From: a virus
DNA: 64,000 nucleotides
IMG/VR virus record: IMGVR_UViG_3300037485_001485
Span: 1-64,000 of that record
Reading direction: 5' to 3' (one strand)
Shown: positions 28,541-41,141 of the stretch, in pieces
Layout: every line of letters starts with the position of its first letter
Numbering within the stretch: position 1 is the stretch's first letter
Notes under the pieces: generated by a model
What the model was told of the DNA's origin: nothing
Seen by the model: the letters and a program-made list of their open reading frames with translations, nothing else
Database searches by the model: none
Program-made: the position numbers and the translations under genes

Positions 28541-29153
28541 TGCCCGGCGACGGACAGGTGTAGGTTCCGCCGGCCAGCCAGAACCGCCCGTCGCTCGACA
28601 CGCAGAGCACGGGGGGAACGCCGCCTTCTTCGCCCATTTCGTGGATGTAGCCGCTGGGGCCGTCACCCTTTTTGTGGGTGAAGTAGGTCAGGTGCCGAAG
28701 CTCGCCCAGCGGCTTCACGTTGACCCTGACGTAGCCGCTGCGCGGGTTCGCGTGGTGGCCTTCGCCCAACTCCTCCGCAGCGTGCGCGAGTCCCATCGGC
28801 TTCGCTTCCGCCATGCGGTAGAGGTCGCGCCCGCTCTCTCGCAGGGCGGGGGAGCACTGGAAGTAGATGCGCTGGTGCTTGTGGTCCGCGTCGAACCCGA
28901 CGTGCGAGTTCGGGATGTCGTCTTCGCGCACGGCGAACACGGTGTCCTTGGCGGCGCCGAAGGGACGAAGATGCAGTTCCATCAGCAGACCGATCTCGAC
29001 CAAGTGCGGAGGGAAGTCCGGATCGCAGTCGATGACGTGCGTGGGCATCTCGCCCCAATGCCACCGCTTGTAGACCTGTTCCAGCCGCTTCTGAGCGGCG
29101 GGGCCGATCCGCTGGGTCGCACGGCGGGCCGGCGTGCGGCGGGTGCGGGGCAT
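28530..29153 (-). CDS. Hypothetical protein
   Basis: Start MPRTRR; YKRWHWG and YIHEMGEEGG; translationally coupled. Confidence 0.7.
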   Translation of the reverse strand: MPRTRRTPARRATQRIGPAAQKRLEQVYKRWHWGEMPTHVIDCDPDFPPHLVEIGLLMELHLRPFGAAKDTVFAVREDDIPNSHVGFDADHKHQRIYFQCSPALRESGRDLYRMAEAKPMGLAHAAEELGEGHHANPRSGYVRVNVKPLGELRHLTYFTHKKGDGPSGYIHEMGEEGGVPPVLCVSSDGRFWLAGGTYTCPSPGITR

Positions 29154-29941
29154 CAACGGCTCCGAAGGCGACGACGGCGGCGCGGGTTGCGGGCGACGGT
29201 CCCGATGCGGGCGACGGCCTTGTCGGCGGCGCGGCGAGACGCCGCCGCAGCGGCATCGCGGACGCCGAGGATCGGGGCGAGCACCGGACCCAGGACGAAC
29301 CATGCCGCGACGCCCGCGACGCCGAGGCCGGCTACAAGCCATGCGTTGCGCTGGATCCACCAGAGCCAGTCAGGCGTACCCGGCGGCTTCTTGTTCGTGA
29401 TGACGCGCCCGACCTTCTCCAGCCCCTTGCCTACATCCGCCGCCGACGCCGCCGCCGTGTCCACGAGGATGCGGAGGCTCGACTGCTCATCGGCGCGGCC
29501 CTGTGCGCGCTCGATGGCGTCGGCGCGGCTGTTCAGCCCGAAGTTCCGATAGAGCGGCGCCATGCGCCGGTCTTTGTAGGCGTTCGCCGCGTCCAGGGCG
29601 CGCACACCCTCGTCAATGACGGAGGCGATGCCCGAGGCGCTTCCGCTGCTCGCCCACTTGTAGCGGCCCGCCGCGCGCGTGTAGAACGCACGCGCTGCCG
29701 TCGCCAACGCCGGGTAGCCGACGCGCGCACCGACCGCGAGCCAGTAGGCGACGTAGGCTTCGGCGCTCGCCGCGTCCGTGGGCGCCGTGTAGAACCAGTT
29801 CGACGTCACAAGGCCGCCGCCCACCGCCGAGGACAGCACACGGCCCGCCGTCGCCGCGCTGATCTGCTTGCGTACCTCTGCAAGCACCTTGTCCCAGGAG
29901 AGCGTGTCTACGGGTCCGTGGTAGGCCGCGAGGGCGTGCAT
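29153..29941 (-). CDS. Membrane protein with C-terminal RNPRRRRR
   Basis: TM segment AWLVAGLGVAGVAAWFVLGP. Confidence 0.7.
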   Translation of the reverse strand: MHALAAYHGPVDTLSWDKVLAEVRKQISAATAGRVLSSAVGGGLVTSNWFYTAPTDAASAEAYVAYWLAVGARVGYPALATAARAFYTRAAGRYKWASSGSASGIASVIDEGVRALDAANAYKDRRMAPLYRNFGLNSRADAIERAQGRADEQSSLRILVDTAAASAADVGKGLEKVGRVITNKKPPGTPDWLWWIQRNAWLVAGLGVAGVAAWFVLGPVLAPILGVRDAAAAASRRAADKAVARIGTVARNPRRRRRLRSR

Positions 29942-30750
29942 CAGCGGCTCCTCTGTTCCCGGCCGCCGCGTCGAAGCGCGAGCGTCACAAGCACCAGGGC
30001 GACGCCGCCGCCGACAGCCCAGCCCCACGTCGGAATGGCCGCCAGCGGCGAACCCCCGGTGAAAAGCGAAGTGCCCTGCTCGTCGGCCGTGCGATCAGCG
30101 GCAGCTTCGGCCTGCGCTTCGGCGGCGTCTTCCTGCTCCAGATCCATCGCGGGGCTGTTGATCTCGTTGACCGCTTCCGACGGGGGCACCGACGGCGCTT
30201 TGCCGACGACGCGCAACGCCTTGCGGTCTTTGGCCGTCAGCTTCTTCGGATTCTCGATCCGCGCCAGTGCGGCGAGGATGGACAACTTCCACTTCAGGGT
30301 CGCGATCCGCTTGGCCCGCGCCTTGGCGAAGATCGGGCTCTTCTGCGCGCTCAGTCGCGCAATGCGCTCTTTGTACCGCGCATAAATCTTCACGCGCGTC
30401 GCGCGCTTCAGCTTCAGCGCACGGACGATGTAGCCCGGCGCCTTCTCCGGGTTCGGCAGCTTCAGCTTCTTCGCGAGCGCGACGGCGTCCTTGCGACGCG
30501 CCTTGCCGGACTTGATCGCGACGACCAACGCCGCGATGCCCGCCGCAGTGCCGAGCACCGCGCCAGCAACCCAGCCCGCGACGGGCACCGTCGCCACGCC
30601 CGCAGCGGTGATCGCCAGCGTAGACGCGACGGCGGCACCGCCGGCAACAGACGCCGCAGCCCCGGTCTTGAAGGCGTCGATGGCGATCTGTTCACCGTCC
30701 CCGTAGTGACCCGAGGGGCGAAACGCTCTGCGATAGGGGTAGCCGTGCAT
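29941..30750 (-). CDS. Membrane protein
   Basis: FRPSGHYGD N-terminus; N- and C-terminal hydrophobic segments. Confidence 0.7.
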   Translation of the reverse strand: MHGYPYRRAFRPSGHYGDGEQIAIDAFKTGAAASVAGGAAVASTLAITAAGVATVPVAGWVAGAVLGTAAGIAALVVAIKSGKARRKDAVALAKKLKLPNPEKAPGYIVRALKLKRATRVKIYARYKERIARLSAQKSPIFAKARAKRIATLKWKLSILAALARIENPKKLTAKDRKALRVVGKAPSVPPSEAVNEINSPAMDLEQEDAAEAQAEAAADRTADEQGTSLFTGGSPLAAIPTWGWAVGGGVALVLVTLALRRGGREQRSR

Positions 30751-31199
30751 CACTTGCTCCGCGCCGTCACGACGTTCTTGTAGATCATAGAGCCGAGGAG
30801 GACGACGAACAAGCCACCCGCTGCCCAGCCGAGGTAGCGGAAGGTCTGGGTAGACTCCTCGCCCTTCTTCTTCTTCGTGATCTGCGCGCCGCTGGCCGAC
30901 AGCTTCGCGCGCATCTTCCGGATCTCGTTGTCGTAGAACACGGCGGCGATGGGAAAGCGACGCTTCATCCCCTGAAAGTTCTTGATCTTGGCCTTTAGGA
31001 TCTGCGCCCGCTCTTCCGGGTCGGAAGGCAGGACCAGTTCGCGGGCCACCGAGACATATTGCAGGTAGTCGGCCACGTCCGGAGGACTACCCCCCGCCGC
31101 CCCCGGCGCCCCGCCCGTCGCGAGTTCAGTAGCCGAGGTCAGGGCGGCGGCGGTGGGGCTCGTACCGCTGTAAACGGAGGCGTGAAAGCGGCGCATCAT
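30750..31199 (-). CDS. C-anchored membrane protein
   Basis: FHASVYSG N-terminus; KKKK followed by TM segment. Confidence 0.7.
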   Translation of the reverse strand: MMRRFHASVYSGTSPTAAALTSATELATGGAPGAAGGSPPDVADYLQYVSVARELVLPSDPEERAQILKAKIKNFQGMKRRFPIAAVFYDNEIRKMRAKLSASGAQITKKKKGEESTQTFRYLGWAAGGLFVVLLGSMIYKNVVTARSK

Positions 31200-31771
31200 T
31201 CGTCCTCTTCCTCGGCGACGTCTTCGCCTTCGCCGTAGCCCTCGTCTTCGTCGCGGCCCTCGTCTTCATCGTGGCCCTTGTAGGGGGCGAGTTCCGTCGC
31301 CGCCGGACGCACAGAGGGGGCGCGGCGCGAAGGCTTGGCCTTGACGTGGATCCGCTTCGGATTGTGCCGCGCCTTCGGCTCGGCTTTCTCGCGGGTGATC
31401 ATGTAGATGGCGAAGCCGACGATGCCGACGCCGCCCGCAATGAGGCCCCACTTCAGCAACGGACTCAGGGCCGTCGTCGGCAGCGGAGCGGGGAGCGAAG
31501 CGCCCGGCATCGTTGTCATAGCCACGGCAGCGGCGCGCTTCGCTTCCGCATCCGCCCTTGCCTTCTTTGCCTTCTTCGCCTTCTTTGCGGCGGCCCGGCT
31601 CCACTTATCGGACTTGGCATCGGCAGCGCGCTGCCATGCGTCGAGGCCCAAACTGATCGCCTGACCCCCCGCCTGGATGGCGGCAGAGGTCAGGTCGGAG
31701 GACGCGCCGGTCGCCCCCGTAGGAGGCGCCACCGCTGCCACGTCAGAGTAGGCGGAAGGCTGAAAGCGCAC
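31196..31771 (-). CDS. Membrane protein
   Basis: FQPSAYSD N-terminus; TM segment; RHNPKR; acidic tail. Confidence 0.7.
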   Translation of the reverse strand: MRFQPSAYSDVAAVAPPTGATGASSDLTSAAIQAGGQAISLGLDAWQRAADAKSDKWSRAAAKKAKKAKKARADAEAKRAAAVAMTTMPGASLPAPLPTTALSPLLKWGLIAGGVGIVGFAIYMITREKAEPKARHNPKRIHVKAKPSRRAPSVRPAATELAPYKGHDEDEGRDEDEGYGEGEDVAEEEDE

Positions 31772-31780
31772 GGGGTACTC

Positions 31781-32674
31781 CTACTTCTTGCTCGCGCCCG
31801 AACGGGAGGCGAGGAGCACGATGCCCAGCACCAGCACGGATCCGCCGATGACCCACGGCAGCGGGCCGTCCATGAAGCCCTTCTCCTCTTCGACCACAAG
31901 GGGCGCACCGGGGACCATCGAAGCCGGCGCAGCGGACGCGGCGCTCCGCTTCTTCTTCTTCTTCCGGCCGAAGGGCGTCGCCGCGACCTTCAGGGCGGTG
32001 TCGGTGACGGTGGTGAGGATGTTGGCGCTCCGCGCGTTGACGAAGTCCTTCCACGCGCCGATCTTGGTCGTGATCGCGACCCAACTCTGGTAGCCCGGAT
32101 CCGAGGCGTTCAGCCCCGTGAGGATCGTGCTCGGCGCGAGTAGGTCAGGGCGCGGCGAGACGAGGACCATGATGGCCCCGTCGCGGAACTGACGGTAACG
32201 GTAGGCCCCATCCTGCACTTCGCGGCTCGCGCCGATCCCCGGTCGGGTGTAGTCCACGCCGCCGTAGTCCTGGCCGATGCCGGCGAACGCCGAGAACTGC
32301 GGACGCGCGGCGCTCAACTGAGCGCCGTCGATGGGCTGAGGGAAGGTCGCCCAATCACTCCCCGGCATCCGGGGAAGCGCGGGCGAATAGGACGGCATGT
32401 TCACGCCCCGGATGTTCCACTCGCCCTTGTTCATGGGCATCGTGAACGTCGGGGTATGCCCGACTCTCGGGTAGTTGGGCGTCGGGTGACCGACGAGAGG
32501 CGCGGGCTGCGCGATCTGCATCCGCGTCGGCCCCACGGCCGCGACGGCGGCGGCGCTGGCCTGCGCGGGCGTCTGCTGCCCCAGGTAGGCGGGAGCGAAG
32601 TAGTCGCCGTTCGTGTAGTCGTAGGCCATCACCGTCGGGGACGCCGACAGGTACTCGGGCTGCTGGTCGTTCAT
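31781..32674 (-). CDS. C-anchored membrane protein
   Basis: RKKKKKR followed by TM segment PWVIGGSVLVLGIVLLA. Confidence 0.7.
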   Translation of the reverse strand: MNDQQPEYLSASPTVMAYDYTNGDYFAPAYLGQQTPAQASAAAVAAVGPTRMQIAQPAPLVGHPTPNYPRVGHTPTFTMPMNKGEWNIRGVNMPSYSPALPRMPGSDWATFPQPIDGAQLSAARPQFSAFAGIGQDYGGVDYTRPGIGASREVQDGAYRYRQFRDGAIMVLVSPRPDLLAPSTILTGLNASDPGYQSWVAITTKIGAWKDFVNARSANILTTVTDTALKVAATPFGRKKKKKRSAASAAPASMVPGAPLVVEEEKGFMDGPLPWVIGGSVLVLGIVLLASRSGASKK

Positions 32675-32940
32675 GCCGCCTTCTCCTTCTTGCCCACTAC
32701 CACGTTGACGGCGATGCCCGCGAGGAACCGAGCCCCCGCATGGCGCGTCTCCGCGTCGAGGACTTCGCGCCCGCTGATGGTCGGGTTCCACCCGGCCATC
32801 TCACGGACAAGCACCAAGGCTATGGCGTCGGGCGCAACGCTCGCGCCCGATGCAGCCGCGCGCTTAGCCTGCTCGCCCGCGCTGCGTAGGTACTCACCCA
32901 GCTTTGCGACGAGCGGAAGTAGAGCCGCCGTCGAGAACAT
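32671..32940 (-). CDS. Small hypothetical protein
   Basis: RBS GGAG; coupled to the next gene. Confidence 0.6.
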   Translation of the reverse strand: MFSTAALLPLVAKLGEYLRSAGEQAKRAAASGASVAPDAIALVLVREMAGWNPTISGREVLDAETRHAGARFLAGIAVNVVVGKKEKAA

Positions 32941-32949
32941 GGGAGGCTC

Positions 32950-33912
32950 CTATCGACGGCTGCGACGGGAGCGACGGTTCGCCTTCGCCTTGCGGTTGCG
33001 GCGGGGGTTCTTCTTCTTCGCCCCGCCCTTCAGCGAGCGGAGGAGCTTCGGGCCGTAGAGCACGGCGCCGAGGAGCGCGAGGCCCATGACCCACGGCTTC
33101 GCGGCATACGCCTTGACGGTGTCCACGATGCCGTCGAAGCCCTCTTCCATCTCCTCCATCTCTTCTTCGTCCGCGACGTTGCCGGGAGCGAAGGTGAAGG
33201 AGCCCGCCTGGGGACCGAGGCCCGGCAGGAGCGGCATGTTGTTGCCGATGGGGTCGAGGCCGCGCACGCGCGGATCGGGGTCGATGGAGCGCGTGAAGAT
33301 GCGGGGGTCGATGTCGCGGGTGAGGATGCGGGGGTCGAGGCTGCGCGTCGGCCCCGGAAGCTCGCCGGGCATCGGGGAGTAGGCCGGGGGCGAGAACTGC
33401 GGCAGCGAGGGCTGGGCCGGGGGCGCGGGCCGGGGGCCGGCACGGCGCACGCCACGGAAGAACCCACGGGGGACCATGCGGAGGAGGCTCGGGGGGAGGA
33501 TGCGGCGCTTGGCCTCTTCCTCAGCGGCGTCGGCATCGACACCCACTCCGGTCAACTGCTGGATCATCGCCTGGATAGCGGCGGTCTGGGCAGCGGTGAG
33601 GGCGCCGGACGCGGCGGGGGCAGCGGGTGCCTTGGTCTTGGCCTTCTTCGCCGCATCGCGCTTGGCCTTGGCCTCGTCGCGCTTGGCCTTACGGTACTTG
33701 GACTCCAGCGAGCGGAGTTCGGTGACCGCCTTCGTCACGTTCAGCTCGGCCTGCTTGCGCCCGTAGGTGAAGAGCTTCTCCTTCCAGACCTTGTTGCGGA
33801 GGCCAACGATCTTCTTCTTCAGCGACTCGATCTTGGCCTTGTAATCGTCAGACGCGGCGCCGAAGGCGCCGAAGGCACCGAAGTCGCCGTAAAAACCGTA
33901 TGCGCCGAACAT
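32950..33912 (-). CDS. Membrane protein with FG/YG N-terminus and KKNPRRNR tail
   Basis: MFGAYGFYGDFGAFGAFGA; R.(I/L)DP repeats; TM segment; Arg tail like 21672-21947. Confidence 0.7.
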   Translation of the reverse strand: MFGAYGFYGDFGAFGAFGAASDDYKAKIESLKKKIVGLRNKVWKEKLFTYGRKQAELNVTKAVTELRSLESKYRKAKRDEAKAKRDAAKKAKTKAPAAPAASGALTAAQTAAIQAMIQQLTGVGVDADAAEEEAKRRILPPSLLRMVPRGFFRGVRRAGPRPAPPAQPSLPQFSPPAYSPMPGELPGPTRSLDPRILTRDIDPRIFTRSIDPDPRVRGLDPIGNNMPLLPGLGPQAGSFTFAPGNVADEEEMEEMEEGFDGIVDTVKAYAAKPWVMGLALLGAVLYGPKLLRSLKGGAKKKNPRRNRKAKANRRSRRSRR

Positions 33913-33994
33913 CGCTACCTCTCGCTTCTGGCTAACCCTACCGGGGCGCCGGGTGCGGGGCAACGGCTACCCCCCACCCCGGAGGGCCATCGGC

Positions 33995-34363
33995 CTACGC
34001 GACGAACCCGGCGAGCAACGCGGCGGCTCCGTAGATCCACTCCAGTTGAGCCAGCGGCTCGCCCTTGTCGCAGAACTCGTAAGCCTTGCGCCAGAGCGCC
34101 ACTTCAGTCAGTTCGACGGTGTCGGCGTAGTTGGACGAGGTGCGACGGGTGCGGCCGACCTGTTGCTCCTCCATGCGGACGAGCACTTCGGTCGCTTTCT
34201 CCAACGCGAGGAGGAGCTTCGGATCTCGCACGCGAGCCGCGCGCATCCCGGCGTTCGCGATGGACTGCTGGCGCAGACGTTGGGCCTCGGAAGCGCGACG
34301 ATAGGCCCACTCCACGCTGGTCGCGTTGACCCACTCGCTTACTTCAATGCCCGCTGCGCCCAT
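33995..34363 (-). CDS. Hypothetical protein
   Basis: ORF downstream of a promoter-family copy. Confidence 0.55.
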   Translation of the reverse strand: MGAAGIEVSEWVNATSVEWAYRRASEAQRLRQQSIANAGMRAARVRDPKLLLALEKATEVLVRMEEQQVGRTRRTSSNYADTVELTEVALWRKAYEFCDKGEPLAQLEWIYGAAALLAGFVA

Positions 34364-34381
34364 GCTGCCCTCTGCGCCGTA

Positions 34382-34410
34382 CCTCTAAGGCTGGCGCTGC
34401 CAGCCGTCAA
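34382..34410 (-). promoter_or_regulatory. Promoter-family copy
   Basis: TTGACG-GCTGGCAG(17 nt)-TAGAGG on the minus strand. Confidence 0.5.
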
Positions 34411-34485
34411 AGGGAAACGCCCCGGCGCCTTGCGGCACCGGAGCGTAGCGCACAGGCTACGCGCCCGTGCGAAGTAGCGGCGGTG

Positions 34486-34851
34486 CTACTGGATGATCGA
34501 GTGTTCCAGAATGAGGGTCACGTTGAAGACCCCGGCCGCCGCCGCGTTGACGAGCTGGACGCTCGGCTTGGCGTTGGTGGCGACCCAGATCCACGCGAGG
34601 CCCGCGACGCCCGTGCCTGAAACGCCCTGGAGCGAGATCACGCCCGCGTTGGTCGTGGAGAACGCGGTCGTGACGACCGGCTCGTTCGCATAGGTCGCGT
34701 TCAGGAAGTCGAACAGCGCGCCCGAGGTGGGCGCGACGGCGAGGAGCTGCGCGTTGGAGATGGTGTCGTTCGCGGCGCCGCTGAGGGTCGCGACGGCGGT
34801 CAGCGAGCGCGTGCCCTTGAAGAGCGACGTGAACAGAGCGACGTTTGCCAT
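34486..34851 (-). CDS. Small Ala/Thr-rich structural protein
   Basis: C-terminal EHSIIQ resembles AHTIVQ of its neighbour. Confidence 0.65.
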   Translation of the reverse strand: MANVALFTSLFKGTRSLTAVATLSGAANDTISNAQLLAVAPTSGALFDFLNATYANEPVVTTAFSTTNAGVISLQGVSGTGVAGLAWIWVATNAKPSVQLVNAAAAGVFNVTLILEHSIIQ

Positions 34852-34861
34852 GACGAACCTC

Positions 34862-35269
34862 TTACTGCACGATGGTGTGAGCGTGCGTGATGTAGAGGAA
34901 GCCGGAGGAGTTGGCTTCGGCGGTGAGGGTCAGCTTGGGGTTGTTCGTCCCGCCGTCGTCAATCGCGTTGATGAAGCCGGGGTACTTCGCGGAGGTCGAG
35001 AGCGTGTAGACCAGCGTGGACTGGATGCTCGTCGCGATGGTGCCGCTCAGCGTGCCCGTGAAGCTCGCGCCGGTCTGGAGCGCGGCGGCGGCCTTCGCGT
35101 CGGTGCCGCACTGGCCGGCGAGGCTGGCGATGATCCGGCCGATGGTGGAGGTGGTCCCCACGTCGGCGGCGAGGGTCGCGTAGGCGAGGTCGCCGGGCGC
35201 GTCGCCGGTCCACGAGTAGACGATCTGGTTGTCGGTAGAGACGACCTTGGTGAAAGCAACAGCGGCCAT
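34862..35269 (-). CDS. Small Ala/Thr-rich structural protein
   Basis: Probable distant paralogue of 34486-34851. Confidence 0.65.
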   Translation of the reverse strand: MAAVAFTKVVSTDNQIVYSWTGDAPGDLAYATLAADVGTTSTIGRIIASLAGQCGTDAKAAAALQTGASFTGTLSGTIATSIQSTLVYTLSTSAKYPGFINAIDDGGTNNPKLTLTAEANSSGFLYITHAHTIVQ

Positions 35270-35355
35270 GAGGGCTCCCAGGAAAGAAAAAGGGTGTCGG
35301 GGGAAGGCTATGCGGAGCACCCGCCTTCGGCACGGAAGGAAGGCCACGCGGAGGG

Positions 35356-36159
35356 CTATCGGCGGCGACGCGCCAGGACGAGGTTGACCAGCGGCCGAGA
35401 GAGGAGGCCGGTGATGAACCCGACGATCATGCCGACGGCGATGCGCCGGGGCGTGAGGCTCTTCCGCACGTCCGACGCGATGCCGCGCACGGTGAAGGCT
35501 TCACGCTCGGCGATGGCTTCGGGGGCCTGCTCCACGCCCGCAAAGCCGTCGGGGCCTGCAAGCTCCGGCAGCGGAACGCTTCCGCCCTTGCTCGCGCTCA
35601 CCACGTCCCAGCCGAGATCGACGGTGCGAAGCGTCGGCTCGGCGAAGTGCCACTTCGTCGGCCCGAACGGCTTGTTCCCGATGGTCAGGTAGATATGTGC
35701 CCAGCGTGCCGGGGTGTAGGCGTCGCCCTCGACCCAGCGGACGACGCGATCCCCACGGCGCCCGCTGATGACGAACTTCCACGGCAGACGGATGCTCTCG
35801 CACAGGGCGGCGAGAAGCAGGGCCATGTCGTCGCAATCGCCGTAGCCCACGCGCAGGGTGTACGCCGGGTCTTGTAGGCGTTCGCCGGGCTCATTCGCGT
35901 AGTAGATGCGGTGCTGGACGAACTTCAGCAGGGCGCGGGCTTGATTGTGATAGTCGCGGGGCTTCACGCCGTTGTCGCGGAGGATGCCGATGGCGACCGT
36001 CGCGACGCGCGGATCACGACCGCCCTCCAACGCGATGCGCCGGAGGATGGCGATGCGCTTCGGGTCGCTCGTCTCCCCCCACGCGGGGAGGTGGTAGGTC
36101 TTCGCACTGTCGAGGTCTACGCGACGCGCTTTGACCCCGCCGACGTTCAGCGTTTCCAT
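35356..36159 (-). CDS. Transglutaminase-like (papain-fold Cys) protein with C-terminal hydrophobic anchor
   Basis: GDCDDMALL, WAHIY, AEPT catalytic-triad pattern. Confidence 0.8.
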   Translation of the reverse strand: METLNVGGVKARRVDLDSAKTYHLPAWGETSDPKRIAILRRIALEGGRDPRVATVAIGILRDNGVKPRDYHNQARALLKFVQHRIYYANEPGERLQDPAYTLRVGYGDCDDMALLLAALCESIRLPWKFVISGRRGDRVVRWVEGDAYTPARWAHIYLTIGNKPFGPTKWHFAEPTLRTVDLGWDVVSASKGGSVPLPELAGPDGFAGVEQAPEAIAEREAFTVRGIASDVRKSLTPRRIAVGMIVGFITGLLSRPLVNLVLARRRR

Positions 36160-36161
36160 GT

Positions 36162-36835
36162 TCAGGCTCCGATCTGCTTGCGGCGAGCCAGGAACGCGCC
36201 GCCTACGAGGAGGAGAAGGGCACCGCCCCCAACGGCCCACGCCCACGCCGGGATGCGCGGCTTCGGCTTCGGCTTCGGCTTCTTCTTCGGCTTCTTCTTC
36301 GGCTTCTTCGTAGCGGCATCCACAAGGGCCTTCGCGGCGGCGTCTTTCTCGGCGTAGATATTGATTAGTTCGCTGCCGCTTTGCACGTCATACTTCGGGG
36401 CAACGACGCCCGGCGCGGCGGCGAGAAGAGCGGCGTCCCCGGCGGCCAGGATCTCCCGCGCGCGAAGCTCGGCCGCCGCGTAGGTGCCGCGACTGTCCAC
36501 GACGGCGGCATCGAGTTCCTGCTTCCGGGCTTCGTCCGACACGTCCCGCATCGACGGCGACGACGTCCAGTTGACGTACCCGCCGGGATCGCCCGCGATG
36601 ATCTTCGTCCGCGATGGCCCGTCGAAGGCGATGAGGTAAGCGTAGAGACTGACCGCCCCGCCCTTGAAGAACACCGTGCCGTCGCTGGTGATCTTGAAGT
36701 AGCGCCCCGTGTCCGCTGCCCCGTAGAACCCGCCGTAATCGCCGGTCGCGCGGCTCGGCTGGAACGCGACACGGTGACCCAGCATCCGGCCCCCCGACAA
36801 GGTCGCCCACGAATCGACGTAGTCGGAGCGCCCGT

Positions 36836-36839
<4 letters not shown>
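36162..36839 (-). CDS. C-anchored membrane protein
   Basis: KKPKKKPK run followed by TM segment WAWAVGGGALLLLVGG. Confidence 0.65.
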
Positions 36840-37348
<509 letters not shown>

Positions 37349-37406
37349 GGGCGTCTACCTACCACGCCCGCCCCCACCATCTACTGCCCCGATGGCCCTC
37401 GGCTAA

Positions 37407-37886
37407 CTACGCGACCTTCTCCGCGTCGGTCCCTTCGGGCGCGGCTGCGCTGTCGGCTTCGGCTTCCTCGGCTTCGGCTTCCTCGGCTTCGGCGCCGTCG
37501 CCCAGCCCCAGCAACGCCTTCAACTGGTCGAGGCCCGCCGTACCCTCCTCCCCGGAGGCGATGTGCGCGATCTCGGTTTCGATGAGGTAGGGCGCGGTCG
37601 CTGCCTTCAGCGCGGCCAACTGCGCGGCGACTTGCACGCGCACGCCTACGACGGCGGCCTTGCGCTGGGCCTTCGGAAGCCCCTGGACGACCTGGGCGAT
37701 CATTGCCTCTTCGACGGCGACGATCTCCTGCCACGCGGGGTTCGCCGCACGGGTCTGAAGGGTGACGCGGGTCCAGCCCACCGGAAGGTCGGCCAGATCG
37801 TCGTCCTCCAGCGGGTGATCAGCGGGAAGGTCGGCGTCGTCGGGAAGCGCGCCCGTGAGGGCACAGAACACGTCGGTGGAAGTCAT
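37407..37886 (-). CDS. Hypothetical acidic protein
   Basis: In operon with 37890-40596. Confidence 0.65.
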   Translation of the reverse strand: MTSTDVFCALTGALPDDADLPADHPLEDDDLADLPVGWTRVTLQTRAANPAWQEIVAVEEAMIAQVVQGLPKAQRKAAVVGVRVQVAAQLAALKAATAPYLIETEIAHIASGEEGTAGLDQLKALLGLGDGAEAEEAEAEEAEADSAAAPEGTDAEKVA

Positions 37887-37889
37887 CGG

Positions 37890-38561
37890 TCAGTCCTCGG
37901 TGGGATGGATAGCGGGAAGGGTGCGGTACTTGTGGGCGTACTCCAACTGCTCCGCGATCTCGGGGGCATGGAAGGACGCGACCTGGGCGATGTTCTCGGC
38001 GACGAGCCGGGATTCCCGCACCTGTTGAGCATTGAGCGTCCACGTCGCGGCTTCGGGGTCACCCCCGTCGAGGAGGTAGATCGCCTCGCGGGTCGCGTGC
38101 GTCAGTCCGTCGCGCTGCGAGAGGTAGACGGACACGAACGGGTTGAGCGCGACGCTCAGGTTCGCGACGCGATCCGGCTGCGGAGCGTCCGCGATCCCGA
38201 AGTTCTTGCGCCACACTTCGACCAGGGCGATCCACTGGTCCTTGCCGTGAAGCGCCTTGACGCGCTTCTCTTCGGCGATGCGCGTGTCGGGCGTCTCTAC
38301 CGGCGTGACGACGCGGAACGGTGTCACGCTGGCGGTCGGCGCGGCTTCCGCGCCGCCCTCTTCCGCGTCGTCGCCGTCTTCCTCGTCATCGGCTTCCACG
38401 CCGTCAAGGTGCTCGCGCACGGCGTCGGTCACCATCTCCCGCACACGGTGGCGCGAGACTGTGCCCTTCTTGGGCTTTACGAGCTTCGCAAGGGACTTCG
38501 TGAGGGACTTCACGGTGTCGAGGAGGGCGATGAACTCGCCTTCGGTCAGTTCGTATTTCAT
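37890..38561 (-). CDS. Hypothetical protein
   Basis: ATG start; in operon. Confidence 0.65.
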   Translation of the reverse strand: MKYELTEGEFIALLDTVKSLTKSLAKLVKPKKGTVSRHRVREMVTDAVREHLDGVEADDEEDGDDAEEGGAEAAPTASVTPFRVVTPVETPDTRIAEEKRVKALHGKDQWIALVEVWRKNFGIADAPQPDRVANLSVALNPFVSVYLSQRDGLTHATREAIYLLDGGDPEAATWTLNAQQVRESRLVAENIAQVASFHAPEIAEQLEYAHKYRTLPAIHPTED

Positions 38562-38568
38562 GGGAAGC

Positions 38569-40596
<2,028 letters not shown>

Positions 40597-40691
40597 GTGT
40601 GTCCGTGGGCCTCTTGCGCCGACCTAATAAGCGCGCGTTAGACATCCAGCAATAGGGGTACGATGCGTTTGCCCCTGCTCCGGAGATCCCG

Positions 40692-41141
40692 ATGTCCTTG
40701 CTGAAGCGAACCATCCCCATCCCCACGTTCCGTCGCCCGGACGCGAAGCCCCCCACTGTACCCGTACCCGCTTTCCGCGCGCCGTTCGCGCGGCCCGAAC
40801 TTGTGGCGCCGGAGGCGCCTGTGCTGCCGCCCCCGGCACCCCCGACGCCCGCCGACCCGCTCCCCTCGCACATCGCGAAGAAGGCGGTCCCGAAGGTCCG
40901 GACGGGCGTGAAGCCGCTCCCCGACCCTCGCAAGGGGGGACGCCCCCGGCACAACGTGGGGACGACGCGCGACGTGAAGGCGACGATCAGCTTGTCGCAG
41001 GACGAGGCCGATGTCATGTCGGCGGCGGCGGCGAGGGAGGGGCTGGCCTTCAGCGCGTGGGTGCGCCGCATCATCTTCGACGTGGCGCGCGTCGTCCAGC
41101 GGCCTCACGCGGAGCGGGGCGGTCTGGAGGGCAGCGTCTAA
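40692..41141 (+). CDS. Pro-rich protein with C-terminal RHH-like domain
   Basis: KGGRP...TISLSQDEAD..SAAAAREGLAFSAWVRR. Confidence 0.65.
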   Translation: MSLLKRTIPIPTFRRPDAKPPTVPVPAFRAPFARPELVAPEAPVLPPPAPPTPADPLPSHIAKKAVPKVRTGVKPLPDPRKGGRPRHNVGTTRDVKATISLSQDEADVMSAAAAREGLAFSAWVRRIIFDVARVVQRPHAERGGLEGSV

